From Nitrospirales bacterium (GTDB lineage Bacteria > Nitrospirota > Nitrospiria > Nitrospirales > UBA8639): a DNA stretch of 64,000 nucleotides. Positions 1 to 16,712 of this stretch are shown piece by piece. Every line of letters begins with the position of its first letter. The first letter of the stretch is position 1. A model generated the notes under the pieces. That model made no database searches and was not told the origin of the DNA. It saw only the letters and a list, made by a program, of their open reading frames with translations. The position numbers and the translations under genes are program-made. The DNA lies in assembly GCA_965203295.1 (NCBI GenBank), contig CBDBCZ010000014.1:64001-128000 (forward strand), given 5' to 3'.

Positions 1-747
1 GTCATGGTTTATATACTTGACCTTTGCCCCCTTGAAAAAGCAATTGTTTTAGTTTTTTTCCAACTAGATCTTCATGTCGAGATGGTATTATTTTAATTTT
101 GGGCCTGCATGGGATTAGGAGATACAGAGAGTAGAGTAATTAGCCAGTAGGGTGTTTTTCATGTATGTCCACCCCATACTGGGATTTGTTTCGGTGTGAG
201 GTCCAGTACTACATGATCTGCATGGGTGAGTAGACTGATTTAATACACTCATTATACATGTAGTGAGTTATACTTTGGTACATTCCTGAAAGTATATGGG
301 AGTAAAGTTGCACAAATCCACAAGATTCCCGCAATCAAACAGAGCTCTCACACATGCACATTTCATTCATTTTTCTGACTATTACTTTTAACACAGACTC
401 AGAGGAATGCAGCTCTTTGTAAACATTGTTCAGAAATCAAACACAATTATATAGCTTTCTAATAGTGCAATAATTCATATCAAAGTTCCATGATTGCAAG
501 AATATCTTGTGCAAGTAAAGTGCCTACAGATTTTATAAAAGACAAAATAAGCCAAACAAAAATATAATCCAAATATAAATGGTGTTTGCAGTGCATACAA
601 GAATTATTAACAATAAAGCAAAATGAAAGTAGGGGGTGAGAAATTGTCATGTGCTGTGTCAAGTGGAGTACAAAACTATAACTTTGCAAGGAACAGATAT
701 GTATGCAAGAGTGGTATTTGTACAAATTACTGGAAATTGCAAGCCAA

Positions 748-3700
748 TCAGAAGTCTTCAATATCTTCCACTAGCACGGCTTCACCACTCGTAACATTCC
801 TGTCAAAGGTCAGCCTCAGGCACTGGACTTTAGGCAGGGGTTGAGCTAATGAGTCTCCACTCTGGCCTGCAGCATCGTCAGCACCATCCTCATTATTGGC
901 AACCAGCTCCTCTAGCTCTGCAATATTCACCTGTGGAACAGTTCTTCTCCGAGTGCATGTACTTGTATAGCAGTGGACTAGACACTGTTTGATCTTCCTC
1001 ATAGTCTGTGGCAGGTGGCTGCGAAAGTGGTATATCAGAATTCCGATGAACGTTGTATAAGCCACGCCTAATGAAATGCTGCTGACAACATCTTGCGATA
1101 CTCCCTCACTGCTAACAGTTTGAATGTATAGAGAGGAAACTGACAGTATCCCAAGATTTAGAAAGAATGAAGCTTCTAGGGTATCCAAAAGCCAGTTTTT
1201 ATAGATTCCGGAAGCAATCCACTTGAAACCAAGCAGGAGCATAACCATCATGGAAACAAACAGCAGATTCAGAGATGTGTCTCCAAGAGAGTTGGCTGCA
1301 AATGCTATGAAAAGAATGATGCGAACCAGAAACAAAAACCCTGCCCAGAACCGATATTTATCCTTGTAGGGTCCAGTATGGGCATCCAAGAAGGGCTTGA
1401 TCTTCCTCAACCATGACAGCAGCCTGTAGTCATGTGATCTTGGCCAAAGACATTGCAAAAAGAGGAGCAGTGCTGTGTAGGGAAGAGAGAGCACAAGAAG
1501 AAAGACCAGAGCTACCAGGAAGAGAGGAATGTGCTTGCCAGTTAGATATTGGACATTAGCATCAGCTAGCCAGATGAACTTGGTCGATTTGTCTGGATAG
1601 ATCAGGGTGGTAAACGATAGAGCTGTAATGATGGTACGAAGGATCTTTGTGTAGGAGAGTAATAATAGAGTAGCGAGAACTCGGACAGAATTGTTCCTTC
1701 CAAAGACTTTACCGGCAATCGTTGAGTAGCGACTTGAAACAATCATGAATATCACCATGCCCCAGATGTAGAGAGGAAACACAAACTGCAGCCATGTCCT
1801 GGTATACATGTCCATGCCATCGTAGAAACACGTTTCGATTCCTAGGTCCAGGTTTAACCAGGCAATAAAGATGGAAAAGATGTGCAAGCTTTTGGATCGG
1901 AAAAAAATAGCTTTGTTCACATGAACTATATTGGCATAGAAAACAAGTCCACTGATGGTTCCTTCAGAAACTGTGAGATTTACTGCAGTGAGGGCAAAGA
2001 TGAGGATCACACCAGCAAGCAAAAACACCAGAATCAGTGTCAAGTAAACATTGGAGCAGTCAAGACACCTGGATGTTGCTAACGAAAGGCTAAGTCCTGG
2101 TTTGCAAGCCCCACATAAAGTGCCAGAGCGATTAAATGCACACTGTTCATCTGGAAAATTGAGGTTGATATCTATATCCTCACTTCTGCAATAGTCAAAC
2201 GGGCAGTGCTCATGGAGCAGAACACCTGGAATAGAATGTTGTGAGGTTTCATTTGCGTCTAAACCATAGTATCCAATCCATACCGTTGCAGGTCGACGTA
2301 TCATACCATGACCACTATTACAATCAGCAACAAGGTTGATAATTTCATCAACACAGTCGCACTTGATTTGTGGAGGTGCTCCCTTCAATGTGAATCCAGG
2401 CGGACAGGTAAGGAGTGTTACATACAATGTGGGTGGATGAGTATTAGAGAGTGCATTCTCAGCTTTATCTGGACTTTCTGCAGTAAGCATTAATTCTCCT
2501 TCACCTTTATTAGAGAATATGGTGTAATGTAGGTTTGTACACACATTACCAACTTCTTGTGATATCTGAGGCTCATCCAACTGGTGTGAGCCTGAATCAT
2601 CTACTAACACTGCAGCTACAACTCCGGGAATGACTCCATCTCTTTGACCAACTACTACTGCTGAAAGCGTAAACACATCACCTGGGTAAACTGAGACTTG
2701 CCTACGTTTTTCACTACAGTCTGGGTGGTCGTTTTCACAAAGGCATACAAACATTGGATCCGATGAAACAACTGAGAGGCCACTTTGGTAGAATTGAAAG
2801 AGTAAATTAAATAACCGTGTGCCATTGTTAGCGAGCTGTTCTTGGATTTGTTCACAGGTTTCTCCAGAAATAGTGCATTCCACTTCATTCGTATATGATT
2901 CACTTAAATACTGCTGACGTGAATTGGAAGGATAACATGTATCTACATATCCTCCAAACAGAGCACTCCCTGCATGTTTAGCTGTGTTGTTTGTAAAAAT
3001 GAATTGGGAGAGTATTTGGGATGAATTGAGGTCGGGATAGTTGAGGTTAAAGAAGCATTTTGAACTACCTTCACCTTGAGGATTGCATTCTCTCCCCTTG
3101 ACATAGATTGCACCCCCAGCGTAGCGAGCATGGTTGTCTGTAAAGAAGATATTGGTGGCTCGTTCAAGATACAAGTAAGAGTCTGTACAGAGTTCAATAC
3201 CAGCACCTTTGAAACCACTGTTGTTGTGAAAACTGATGTTACCTTCAAGGAACAGTTTTGAACCAAACATTTTCAGAGCCCCAACTTCATTGTTGTAAAA
3301 ATTTCCATTGATAATTGTAACATTCTGAACACCATTCAGTACAATTGCTTTACCATCACATTTTGGACATGCCTTTATTTGCCCACTTGGCTTGCTATCA
3401 TACACAGATAAATTTATAAATGCAATGCTGAATTCAACAGGCTGCAGTATATCATCTTGTACTAAGATTGCACTGGCTTGTGAGGCAGTGTTGTTGCTAA
3501 ATGTGCAGTTTATCATTGTAACATTCCAGAGCTGACTGACAAGAGCACGTGCAACCCTTAGTGGTGAAATATTTATGTCTAAACCACCACCATATTTAGC
3601 ACTGTTACCAAAAAATGTCGTGTTTATGAATAAGATTTGATCCAAGCCATTTTGATCTGTTTGAATATTAGGTTGATCATCGGATAAGCCCAGATATAAT

Positions 3701-4102
3701 CCTCCACCATTGCGTGCTATTCCATATATCCATCTCTGGCATAATGAGACCAAACTCTGCTTGTCTGGTTGTATTACTACCTGCTAACGTGAGGTTGGAT
3801 ATATTGTTGAATTCAACAATATACTCTCCGGGGCCCATGTCAATAAGATGTATACCTGGAAGGAACTGAATCCAGGTGTTTGAAGTGAAGTAATAAGAAT
3901 TGTTTTGGAGATAGTAGTCGAATGTGTAGCAGGGATAGTCATGATCAAGGCACAGAGTGTCTGGGTCAAAGCTTGTATCACTGATGTTGGAGGAATTAGT
4001 GGGTTTTACGTAGTAGATGTTTTCTGCAGTGCACAATAGCATTAGGTTGGGAGTGCAACCCACAGCAACTGCTATCAAAATCAACAGATATGCCGGCTCC
4101 AT
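748..4102 (-). pseudogene. Frameshifted paralog of the 1414-aa beta-helix/multi-TM membrane protein (ORF pieces 3677-4102 and 748-3753)
   Basis: The N-terminal ~122 aa match copy B except one residue. At 3725/3733 the sequence equivalent to 19682-20587 (906 bp) is missing and replaced by 7 nt (atatcca, 3726-3732). Net -899 nt shifts the frame to a stop at 3677. The downstream ~990 codons remain open. Confidence 0.85.
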
Positions 4103-4309
4103 TCAAGTTTGTGTCACATTGACAGCCTACGTAAAAGAATCATTAGCAATAATTCCACACACAAAACTATACATACAAATGCAGACAAATAAGCTTTATC
4201 ATTTGTAAGTATAAGTATATTGGATAGATACCTGGCTATAGGGATTTAACCGTAATTATGTACAATTCATTAATGAGGTAAAAACCATTGACGCATATGC
4301 CTGTTCGTC

Positions 4310-4556
4310 CAAGGATTTTATGTGAGTTGAATCCCTCTGGTAGTACCCAGCCTTTTGATAGCCTCACACTTCTTGATCACTTAAGTATACGTATAGGTGA
4401 AATCTCCCTGGCAGTACCTGGTGCTTTGATAGCTGTGGGGAGGCCTGGGAACCAGGCTACTTCTTGATTGCTGATATAGTCTAAGTAGGCTCAATCACTC
4501 AGGTAGTGCCCAGTGCTCTGATGGCCTTGAGCTTCTTGATTGCCTAAGTAGGTTAA
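4310..4556. repeat. Degenerate ~65-85-bp tandem repeat, ~3 units (also at ~21165-21410)
   Basis: Recurrent motif aatc-c-ctggtagtacc...tgatagc...cttcttgat...taagta. Confidence 0.5.
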
Positions 4557-5548
4557 GGTTATGAGATATAGGAATCATAACGATATTTGTAAAGAGTAAA
4601 TTTTTCTAACCATGTAATGAGACATTCTAGGTAGCTTTCCACTACTGCATTTTGAGTGAAGCCCTGTGTACATTTAACATGTGCCTGCACTTGTAAGGAA
4701 CCCACAAGAATTTAATTAGCTATACAATGTAGTTTACAGGTTCCAGAGAATATTTATGGCCCGAAAATCACTATGTATATCATAGGCAGTGGTGGTATAT
4801 TACCATTTACGGTAACTGCAGCACATACTGGAGGGTACCGGTATGGTGAAAGACTTTGTGGGCATCTTGTGGGATTCCTGAAATGTGGCCCCACATAGTC
4901 AATAATCTTATGCTTTTCCTCAAGTGCTAATAAACAATACCTTTAAGGTATTCCTAAGTCGCTCTATATAGTTATCTTGCCTGACTGACCCTGAGGGCAA
5001 TACCTGGTGCGAGAGTTTGTGGCATGTTGCCATTTTGATATCTTACAACCATGCAGTTTGTACTACTAAATAGCTATTGACTTATTGTACTAACTGTGCT
5101 GTAAAAAGTATACAGCTATGTACTGGTACAGCAGGTGATGAGATATTTGCGAAATATTTGTGGTATCCCTCACACTTCTTTTTGATTGTTTACATACCTG
5201 TAGTCTAAGCAACATAGACACCTGGCTCTCTGGATTTAACATACGTAAACATCCCATGGAGCCTCCAATTTAAGTGTTCTCAAATTACTAGCCAGGCAGA
5301 CACAGTTTATCTTATACTAAACACCTGTGGGAACTGAGGAAGTGTTCATTGGATCCAGTATGAGAAAACAAACTGGAGAACTGGTCGCATGAGCAGGTAC
5401 ACTTGCAAAGTAATGACAAATACATATACCACATGCATGCCAAAAAATTTAATATGACTGCTGCATATATGGCGCCGGTTGTCTGGTAGCTATACTAAGT
5501 ATTCAAACAACTCCATTGGGAAATTATCAGACCAGTGGGTTGTTGTTG

Positions 5549-6000
5549 TTATCCCACGCGTATGCGGCAGAGTTAAGGGATTGGTTCTGTCCGTCTGTTT
5601 GTCTGTCGTCTGTCTGTATCACAATTTACAGGATTCAGTGATTGCTAAACGTGACAGTAACATTGATATCTAAAAAAATGCTCAAATGATAGTCGCCAAC
5701 TTGGTTCTATTCGCTGCATCTCCACATGTCTAACAATAATGGTGCGTTTTGCCATTATTTTATTACGGTCACAACTAGAATATGACAGGGGCCAGGCTAT
5801 AGACACGAATTCATATTGGCGAATACGTAGTCCGTGTCGACCACAATTGGTCGTGCCCACAGCATGAATATAGGGTATACAGCTACCCAACCAGCTGCAC
5901 TGTACCAACGGCTCCATCAACCAAGTCTGCAGTCCAGCCAGGTCCCAGTTGTAAATAATGCAGCGTGGGCTACGTATGTCTCTGCTAGAGACTTTTAGTT
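5549..6000 (+). mobile_element. Non-autonomous Helitron/Helentron-like repeat (family also at ~22603-23064, ~39826-40894, ~47494-48011)
   Basis: Shared 5' ttaYcc..gcg..ggttaag followed by a (ctgt/ccgt) microsatellite. Shared 3' hairpin gtctct-gct-agagac followed by ttYtagt. Subterminal inverted repeats in other copies (ttaccctgcg / cgcagggtat). No TSD. Classification is inferred from the 3' hairpin plus CTAG end. Confidence 0.6.
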
Positions 6001-6589
6001 ATCGTTTTTATAATGAGTGAACCCAGCAAAGCTGGAGGTAAGTTGATGTGTGTTTGTGTCTCAAGGGAGTTCATCAAGGTGAAAAAATGTCGCTAATTAA
6101 TGCATTGCCAACGTGTTTTGACATTCTTAGTCAAGTATGCGAACTAACAGGTTTGCTATTAAAGTACTGGAGGATAGCAGACCATAGCAACACCTGCATA
6201 CATATATCAACATAGCTAGCACTAACGTGGTGCACAGTACAAGAGAGCGAATAGCCATCTACACTGTTCCATCAAAGGGCGAATGGCGAAACTTTAACTC
6301 AGGGCTAATAGTCACTAAATAACTAGCAATAGCCTAAATCAGTTAGAAGCCTCAACCAATGGGTTCTTCGCTATTTAGAACCCTTGTTTTGCTTGGGACA
6401 CCACAGCCTCAGGCCTTGAACCGTGAGTGTCTGGGATACCGAGACTTCCTTAGTAGCCTTTGCTGAATTCGTTTCAGTGCCCAACTATTGTTAAAACTTA
6501 GCTCATGATCACATCACTTTAAAAAAATTCCACATGACAAAATTTCCAGGTGTTAGAAGAGTTTCCTTGACAAAAGTATGATTGTGAAG

Positions 6590-9545
<2,956 letters not shown>

Positions 9546-11930
9546 GTATAGTAGCCTCGTTCCCAGTTTCCACTTTTATAAATAAAAAACGCTGTCTGGA
9601 TTGTAGCCCAGTAACGGTTTTTCCATGATCCGTGATCCAGCTATAATAGCTTACGTGTTCCCAGTACGGTAGTACCCGCCCGACGGAAAGAAGTCAATTT
9701 TTTTGTCCTTTTTGCGGCAGATACTGCAGTGCTGGGAGGACGTTGGAGATGGCTATAGCTAGACTAAATTAAACCGTGTAAATAATATGCATCAATGCAA
9801 GATCAATATACCACTACATGTAAGCTTATACATGTAGCTACAGTACGTAGACCTACTTTGTTCCGTTTGGCTTCTGCTGCCGCAACAATTAAACGCGAAA
9901 TCTCGTACAAATCTGCTGGAATCCCTTGAAATCTTGGTAAACTTGAATCTCAGAATCTTGGCTGAAATCTATCTGAAAACAACAACGCAAGCGCATTTAT
10001 AGGCTATTAAGTATATAGCACAAAATAATTACTACGATTCGATAGAAGTTCGAAAGCGATCACGTGGGTGGTTACTTATTAATAAGGTAGGAAGACCAGG
10101 TTCAACATCCGCCGATTAAACCGTCACATGATTCTTCGCCGGCTCGATGCGCTCCTGTTCCAACTCAGAACTCTGTTTCCCAACTATTAAAAGCGCAGGG
10201 AGTGGAGGAGTATTCGGTGTTGGGCCTCTAAGGATTGGAAACGTGAAGTTGCTATGCTGAAGTTTCTTTCATAACATAATTTGTTAGTATGCCACAAAAT
10301 TATAGTTGGATTCAGCTATCCAGTTCATAGAAATTATAGATTATATACTAGAGTATTCAGTGAAACGATTGTCTTGTAAAATTTTGAAGTAGCTAAGCTT
10401 TGCACTACCGCCTCGCTTGTAGGATCTTCAATACCATCAACATTCGGATGTCCAGCATGTCATTCTGAAATAAGTACATGTATAGCACAAAACTATTAGC
10501 CTCATGCATATATGCATCGACAGCCTTAATCTCATTCCACTGACTAATGTATATTGGATCAACTGACCTGAGTAAAAGTGCATGTACAGTACTCTAAACA
10601 TCTTGTGTAGGGCTTACTGAAAAAAAAAAAAGCAGTAGTGAATCTCATGGTATCAATTAGTTAAGTGAGTAATACCAGTTTACTTGCTGTCAGTGCAGTT
10701 AACTCATCATACAAACAAATACACCACAATCACTCCTTGGTAGCCAAACACTCTATTTGTGCATTGCAGTATTGCTCAGCACAAGTACCGTGGGCCTTGA
10801 GGAGTGGAGCTGTTGCCTTTCTGCTGAGTGATGACGATACACTGGAGTCGTTGAAATTCCATGTTGTGTATGGAGTCACACGTAACAAGTGCTCTCGAAA
10901 AACAGATGTGCAAACTTGGGCAGAATTGCATCTAGTTCAGTTTGCAAGAGCGTGAATGTTGCACTATTTGGGGGCTTGTACAGCTCTAAATCTGATGAAG
11001 CCAAAGTAGTTCCTGCAAGTAGCTCCTTAGTTTTGTGTTCCATCCTGTACAGGAAATAATTGCATGGTCATGCCTTTGACACAAATACTGTTAACTCTCA
11101 CCTTCGTTCTGTCCTCACAGGTATACTGTACAGTCCATTCAACTATAGCTAAAGGGAACTTGTAACCAGATGCTGTGACCCAACTACTGCAGAAAAACAT
11201 ACAGACCTTGCATGTGTCCCATTCTCATTCCAGATTCTCATGAAGGCTTACTGGGCAGGTCTTTCACAAACCTCAGCATGGTGTGCTCATGATAATTCTC
11301 TCTCTCCACCTATTTATTTTGGTTTGAGGTTTATATCATTGGTGACCAACCAACCATCCTCATGAAACCTTTCTCAGTGGCATGAGCAGACTGACTCTCA
11401 CAAACCTCAGCATGGTGTGGAAACTAGGACACTGGGCACTGGCAAAATGGGAAGACTGGAAACACTGAAAAGATGGGCTAGTCAGGACATAAAGGTTATT
11501 ATGACCTAGTGATTTGAAGGTGTAGTTATGCCATCAGTTAGGTATATTATACAAAGTCAAAGGCACTGCCCCATGCAAAGCCCTGAACTATTAAGACTTT
11601 GTTAAAATTACTTCACCATTATCTTGTGACCTTTGACACTATCTGTGCTCAGCTTAGCTATGTATGCGAGCTATCCTGCACTTCAATTTTTCAGGGAAGT
11701 CTATATAGGCACTTTAAGTCTAAGAATGTGCAGTGTTAATCATGAGTCAATAGTCTAGCAGAATAGGCACGTTCTACTCAATTAGCCAGCTATGTGTTAC
11801 TACCAAAAGTGATGTCATTTGCATGCTAGCAGTTGCATGTACAGTGGAACCCCTCTAATGTGAACACCTTTAAGACTCTCACTGAAGAGAGCACACAGAT
11901 TCTTTCAGTATTGTTGGAAGAATTAGAAAG

Positions 11931-13687
11931 TGTAGTAACTACAGACTGATTGTTGTTTTATATCACCTGTTAAATAGATCTGATTACTGTAGTACATGCA
12001 ACACACTTGCAGCACTCATGCACTCCATACTTCCTTGTTTGGTTACAATTAGTATGCAGTGAGTTGTGTCTCATGCTCCTTCCTTATCTCTTTCACACCC
12101 CTGGTTTGTATATATGTACTTCCCACACTTCCCTTCTGGACAATACTTTATCAGTGTTTACGTAGTAGTCTAGGTCTCGATGACCCCCAAGGATTTTACC
12201 AACCACTCCCACTTTGACCAAGTGAATGAGAACCGACAATGCAACAGCAAACTGCCGTACAGGGGAACCTGCTAGCTAAGGGATGGAAAGATACAGACAA
12301 GCTGCATTCTCTCTCACATGCCCTATAAACCGTGCGGAGGAATACGTGAAGAAGAGCTTCCAGTACCTGCATATATAGCTGACTGTGGGAGTCGTAGTGG
12401 CTAGGAGAACGATCACCAGTGCACCTTCAAGATGCCTACATGGTGGGTGACTATTTTACACAGATGGATGGAAGTGTACCCGATCTATAATCAAGAGATG
12501 GCAACGGTGGCTCATGTGTTGGTAGACCAGTAATTCTCTGTGCCAGAACAGTTGCACTCCGACAAAGGCAGACAGTTTGAGTTCGATCTCATCGCGGAAA
12601 TATGCAAGACCTTGCGAATCATTGAGAAGACCCCGACCCCCTACTACCCACAATGTGACGGCCTGTTCAAGCGTTTCAAACGCACACTTTTGGAAATGTT
12701 GGCTACCACCACCCGTGACCACCCCTTTGACTGGGAGAATCAGATCCGGAAGGTCTGTTTTGCCTATACATCATGAGCATGCAGTCCACCACTAGTACTC
12801 TCCCTTCTTCCTTGTGTTTGGTCACCGGGCCCGAGTTCCAGTCGATATCATGTATGTCACCGACAAACCCAGCGAGACAACCCACGGAGAATTTGCCACC
12901 ACGCTTCGGACAACCTTGGAAAATGCAAAAAGTCTAATCATAATCAAGACTGGAGCAAATCAAGAGAGGCAGTAGTTTTACAACCGCAAAATCCATGGTA
13001 AACCCCTCTCTCCTGGTGACCAGATGTAGCTGTTCTCTCCGGTAGTACGTACCACTTGAGAAACTCCATCACCATGGACAGGACCATGGGTTGTAGCCAA
13101 ACGGCTATTAGATGCAGCATATCGTATCCAATTACTGTCTGGTCACAGGAAACGAGCAGTAGTGCATTTCGATCGTCTGGAGCTTCGCCCTCCAGAGATG
13201 CGTCTCACCAACACTGCCCGTCAGTTGGACGAAGACAACCGAACCCCCATTCCATCCCGAATATATAGTGCCGGGCACCTCAGACCTGGAGCTCTTCGAC
13301 CAGCTTAAACCTGAGCCTCGATCCACCCTCTCCCACCTGCATGCAACCACCGCCAAGACGTTACCCCCAACAAACTCGAACTATCCCCAATTACTATTCC
13401 CCTTCTCTCTTTCATTAGCTCTGAATACGGGACATAATTTCCTTGAGAGGGAGCAATGTAGTAACTACAGACTGATGCGTTTGTTTGTATCACCTGTTTA
13501 GTGGTTCTGATTACTGTAGTACATGTATCGCACATGTAGCACTCATGCACTCCATATTTCCAATGTTTGAATATGTGCCATGAGTGCTCCTTTATCTCTT
13601 TCACACCCCTGGTTTGTATACATGTACTTCCCACACTGACATGCTTCCCTTCTGGACAATACTTTATCAGTGTTTATGTAGTAGCAT
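11931..13687 (+). mobile_element. Internally deleted, decayed Ty3/Gypsy LTR retrotransposon
   Basis: Two diverged ~235-bp direct repeats starting tgtagtaactacagactgat (11931-~12168 and 13457-13687, the latter TG...CA). Purine tract gagagggagcaa precedes the 3' LTR. Integrase remnant inside. No TSD recognised. Confidence 0.85.
12440..13200 (+). pseudogene. Gypsy-type integrase (rve core plus C-terminal part) remnant with stops/frameshifts
   Basis: PEQLHSDKGRQFEFDLIAEICKTL...TPYYPQCDGLFKRFKRTLLEML...W...VCFAY matches the retroviral integrase core around the second Asp and the Glu; upstream VGDYFTRWMEVYP-like sequence; downstream HPWTGPW and VVHFDRL. Confidence 0.85.
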
Positions 13688-14879
13688 AGGTCATACAAGA
13701 TATGATGAAATGGACATTCTCCCTTACTGCTATACAGTTGTATTTAAGTTACCATCTGCTTGAATTTACCGTATACACACTTACATAATACCCACACCTC
13801 AGGAGAACTTCTTGCAATTACTTAATATTCTAATTATGCATATGGCCTAAAAAAAGAGAGAGCCGATGTGCAAAGATGTCTTCGACACATCCAGTCGAGA
13901 AAATGAAAGCACGAAGAAACTGATCCATAGATATTGTTTTACTATACCAGTTACTACACCAGCACTCAGTATTCATGCTATGTAACATTTCACGACGTGT
14001 TTATTAGCACTCAATGAATATAAGCACCCTGCGATGATTAGCACCCATTTCCACTACTAATTTAGAAAATAGGCACTGGTGCTTAGTATCCTGATTATTA
14101 CCTTCTTTTGGTTAATCTTCAGGGTCTCAGTATAGACAGAACTTCAGCTGCAATAAATTTACACAAATAGCTAACCTACTAATCTACTTTAGCATACTGT
14201 AATGATATCATTGATATGCATCCATGCACATGTCACTGTATATAGTACTCAAAAAAGTAGCTTAGCGGCATGGTTTATTCGGTTCCTGTAGTTGCAAAGC
14301 GTGTAGGCAGCTATATATGCTCAATCGCCTGTCCTATAAGGAAGCAGCCCAAAAGTTTAGGTGTTCATTTGTCATGCATGAGTAACACTAATAAGTCTTG
14401 TATGAAAAGTCTACCGAGTGTAACGTGTAGGCGGTCATTAGTTAAACCATGCCACCAAGGGCTGTTGGGATTAATAGCACAGGAGTGCAATAACTAATTT
14501 CAACCCAATGGAGGGTTCTAATTATTTCTAATTAGTTATTACAACTGAGAGTGCACTCTCAAATGCCATACAGCATGGCTTTCTGTGCATGTGCAGCTTA
14601 TCATCAGCGGCTTCCTTCAAGTGTGCAGCTCGTAACCACACGGCAATATAAGATATTGCCCTACTCTGTGGTAAGTCACACAGTAATAACCTGCTCCGCT
14701 ACAGAACATTGCCCTTTGATAGTATGGCTTCCAAGCATTTTTAAAAATACTCCAACTACATGCATATGTATACCCGTACCTTCTTTTGTTCCAGAGTCTC
14801 AGTGCAGAAACTTCCATAAATTTACACAACCAACTAACTTCCAAGAGAAAGCATACTGTACCGGTACCGTGCACGGCAA

Positions 14880-15050
14880 ATTATTACGAGAAACAACATC
14901 CGGTGACATAAAAATTTGCCATCGCTATATACGAGACGGGAGCTACCCAGATCGGTACGAGAAAGCCAACAAGCACCCTCTACGGAAGAGAGTGAAGTTT
15001 TTCGCGTAGAAGGGTGTAAATCTCTTTAATGTCGACGGATCATCAAGTAG
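14880..15050 (+). pseudogene. Possible fragment of a Ginger/GIN-type integrase N-terminus
   Basis: RYIRDGSYPDRYEKANKHPLRKRVKFFA*KGVNLF resembles the YL..G.YP....K..KR.LR.....F....G.L pattern that precedes the H2C2 zinc finger of Gypsy-like integrases; in-frame stop present. Confidence 0.35.
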
Positions 15051-15169
15051 CTAAGTATGCAGTATAATAGTCAGTTGTGAGTACCAGGTACTGCTCACTG
15101 AATTTTAAAATAATTATTCTACCAACTGTTAGAGAAAGATGCTCAGCTGGGTGAGAGGCTGGTTATTAT

Positions 15170-15310
15170 CTCTTAGAACGCCATGGGCACATTTATGTGA
15201 CCATATAAAATAGAAAAAACATGTACTCTATATTAGCGCCTAATATAAAAGGGCCAATATAAATTCACATTAGCCTTATGGATGTAATAAAAGTTGGCTG
15301 GGAAAGATCC
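15170..15310 (+). mobile_element. ~140-bp MITE-like repeat (copy of 37030-37173)
   Basis: gaacgccatgggcacatttatgt...ggctgggaaaga shared with 37040-37168. Confidence 0.6.
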
Positions 15311-16712
15311 TGATCAAAGAAAGCGTATTGTTGGCACCATGCATATGTTGGCCATTTGGGGATGCACTGTTTGGACCCTAGGTCTATTATTAACGTGACA
15401 GGTATGACTTGATGCACCTGAAGCATGCGGCCAATCTCTGTTACTGTGTCGGACATCATGATGTCCAGTTCGAATTCCTCAGACCCTTTGGTACGTAGTG
15501 GTGCTCGGATTTTCCATTGTCCACATTGCTGGGCGGGGCTTAGGGAAAGGGCGGGGCTAGTACAAGGTGTGTTGCTGGGTGGTTGGGGCTGATACCCAGT
15601 CGAGAAAAGTCGATGTGAAGTTCAGTCTTGTTGCTGAAAGTAGCTTAAACGTAAAACGCTAACGTTTTTATCAACACAAAAAATGACGACCCCCTCAGAT
15701 TTACACGAAACTTGGTACATATGTACCCTATGTGAAATTATTAATACACAGTGATTATTAGCCTCATACGTGGTATGGCTTCTGTGTTACAGCCAGACAA
15801 AAACTCAATTTTTTCAGCTACCTGTTTCTACATAATTGACCATAGCTTTTACTACAATTGTCTGTGCAAGATGAAAATTGCACCATCTTGTACCTTAGTA
15901 GATACCCTTTTAGCTGATATATTGCAAGTGATAATTTGATTATGTTGAGGTCAAAGGTCATGGTTTATATACTTGACCTTTGCCCCCTTGAAAAAGCAAT
16001 TGTTCTAGTTTTTTTTCCAAATGTTCTCTAGATCTTCATGTCGAGATGGTATTATTTTAATTTTGGGCCTGCATGGGATTAGGAGATACAGAGAGTAGAG
16101 TAATTAGCCAGTAGGGTGTTTTTCATGTATGTCCACCCCATACTGGGATTTGTTTCGGTGTGAGGTCCAGTACTACATGATCTGCATGGGTGAGTAGACT
16201 GATTTAATACACTCATTATACATGTGGTGAGTTATAGTTTGGTACATTCCTGAAAGTAGATGGGAGTAAAGTTGCACAAATCCACAAGATTCCCGCAATC
16301 AAACAGAGCTCTCACACACATTTTCATTCATTTTTCTGACTATTACTTCTAACACAGACTCAGAGGAATGCAGCTCTTTGTAAACATTGTCCAGAAATCA
16401 AACGCAATTATATAGCTTTCTAATAGTGTAATAATACATATCACAGTTCCATGATTGCAAGAATATCTTGTGCAAGTAAAGTGCCTACAGATTTTATAAA
16501 AGACAAAATAAGCCAAACAAAAATATAATCCAAATATAAATGGTGTTTGCAGTACATACAAGAAATAATTATTAACAATAAAGCAAAATGAAAGTAGGGG
16601 GTGAGAAATTGTCATGTGCTGTGTCAAGTGGAGTACAAAACTATAACTTTGCAAGGAACAGATATGTATGCAAGAGTGGTATTTGTACAAATTACTGTGA
16701 ATAGTATGTCAA

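Noticed and set aside
748..3753. 1001-aa ORF as an independent intact gene
   Set aside because: It begins at a TTG in out-of-frame sequence across the deletion junction and lacks the signal peptide; it is the 3' part of the broken paralog.
10100..11250. Exon-like segments, including the 96-aa ORF at 10665-10955
   Set aside because: No recognisable motif or consistent splice chain; possibly a transposon relic.
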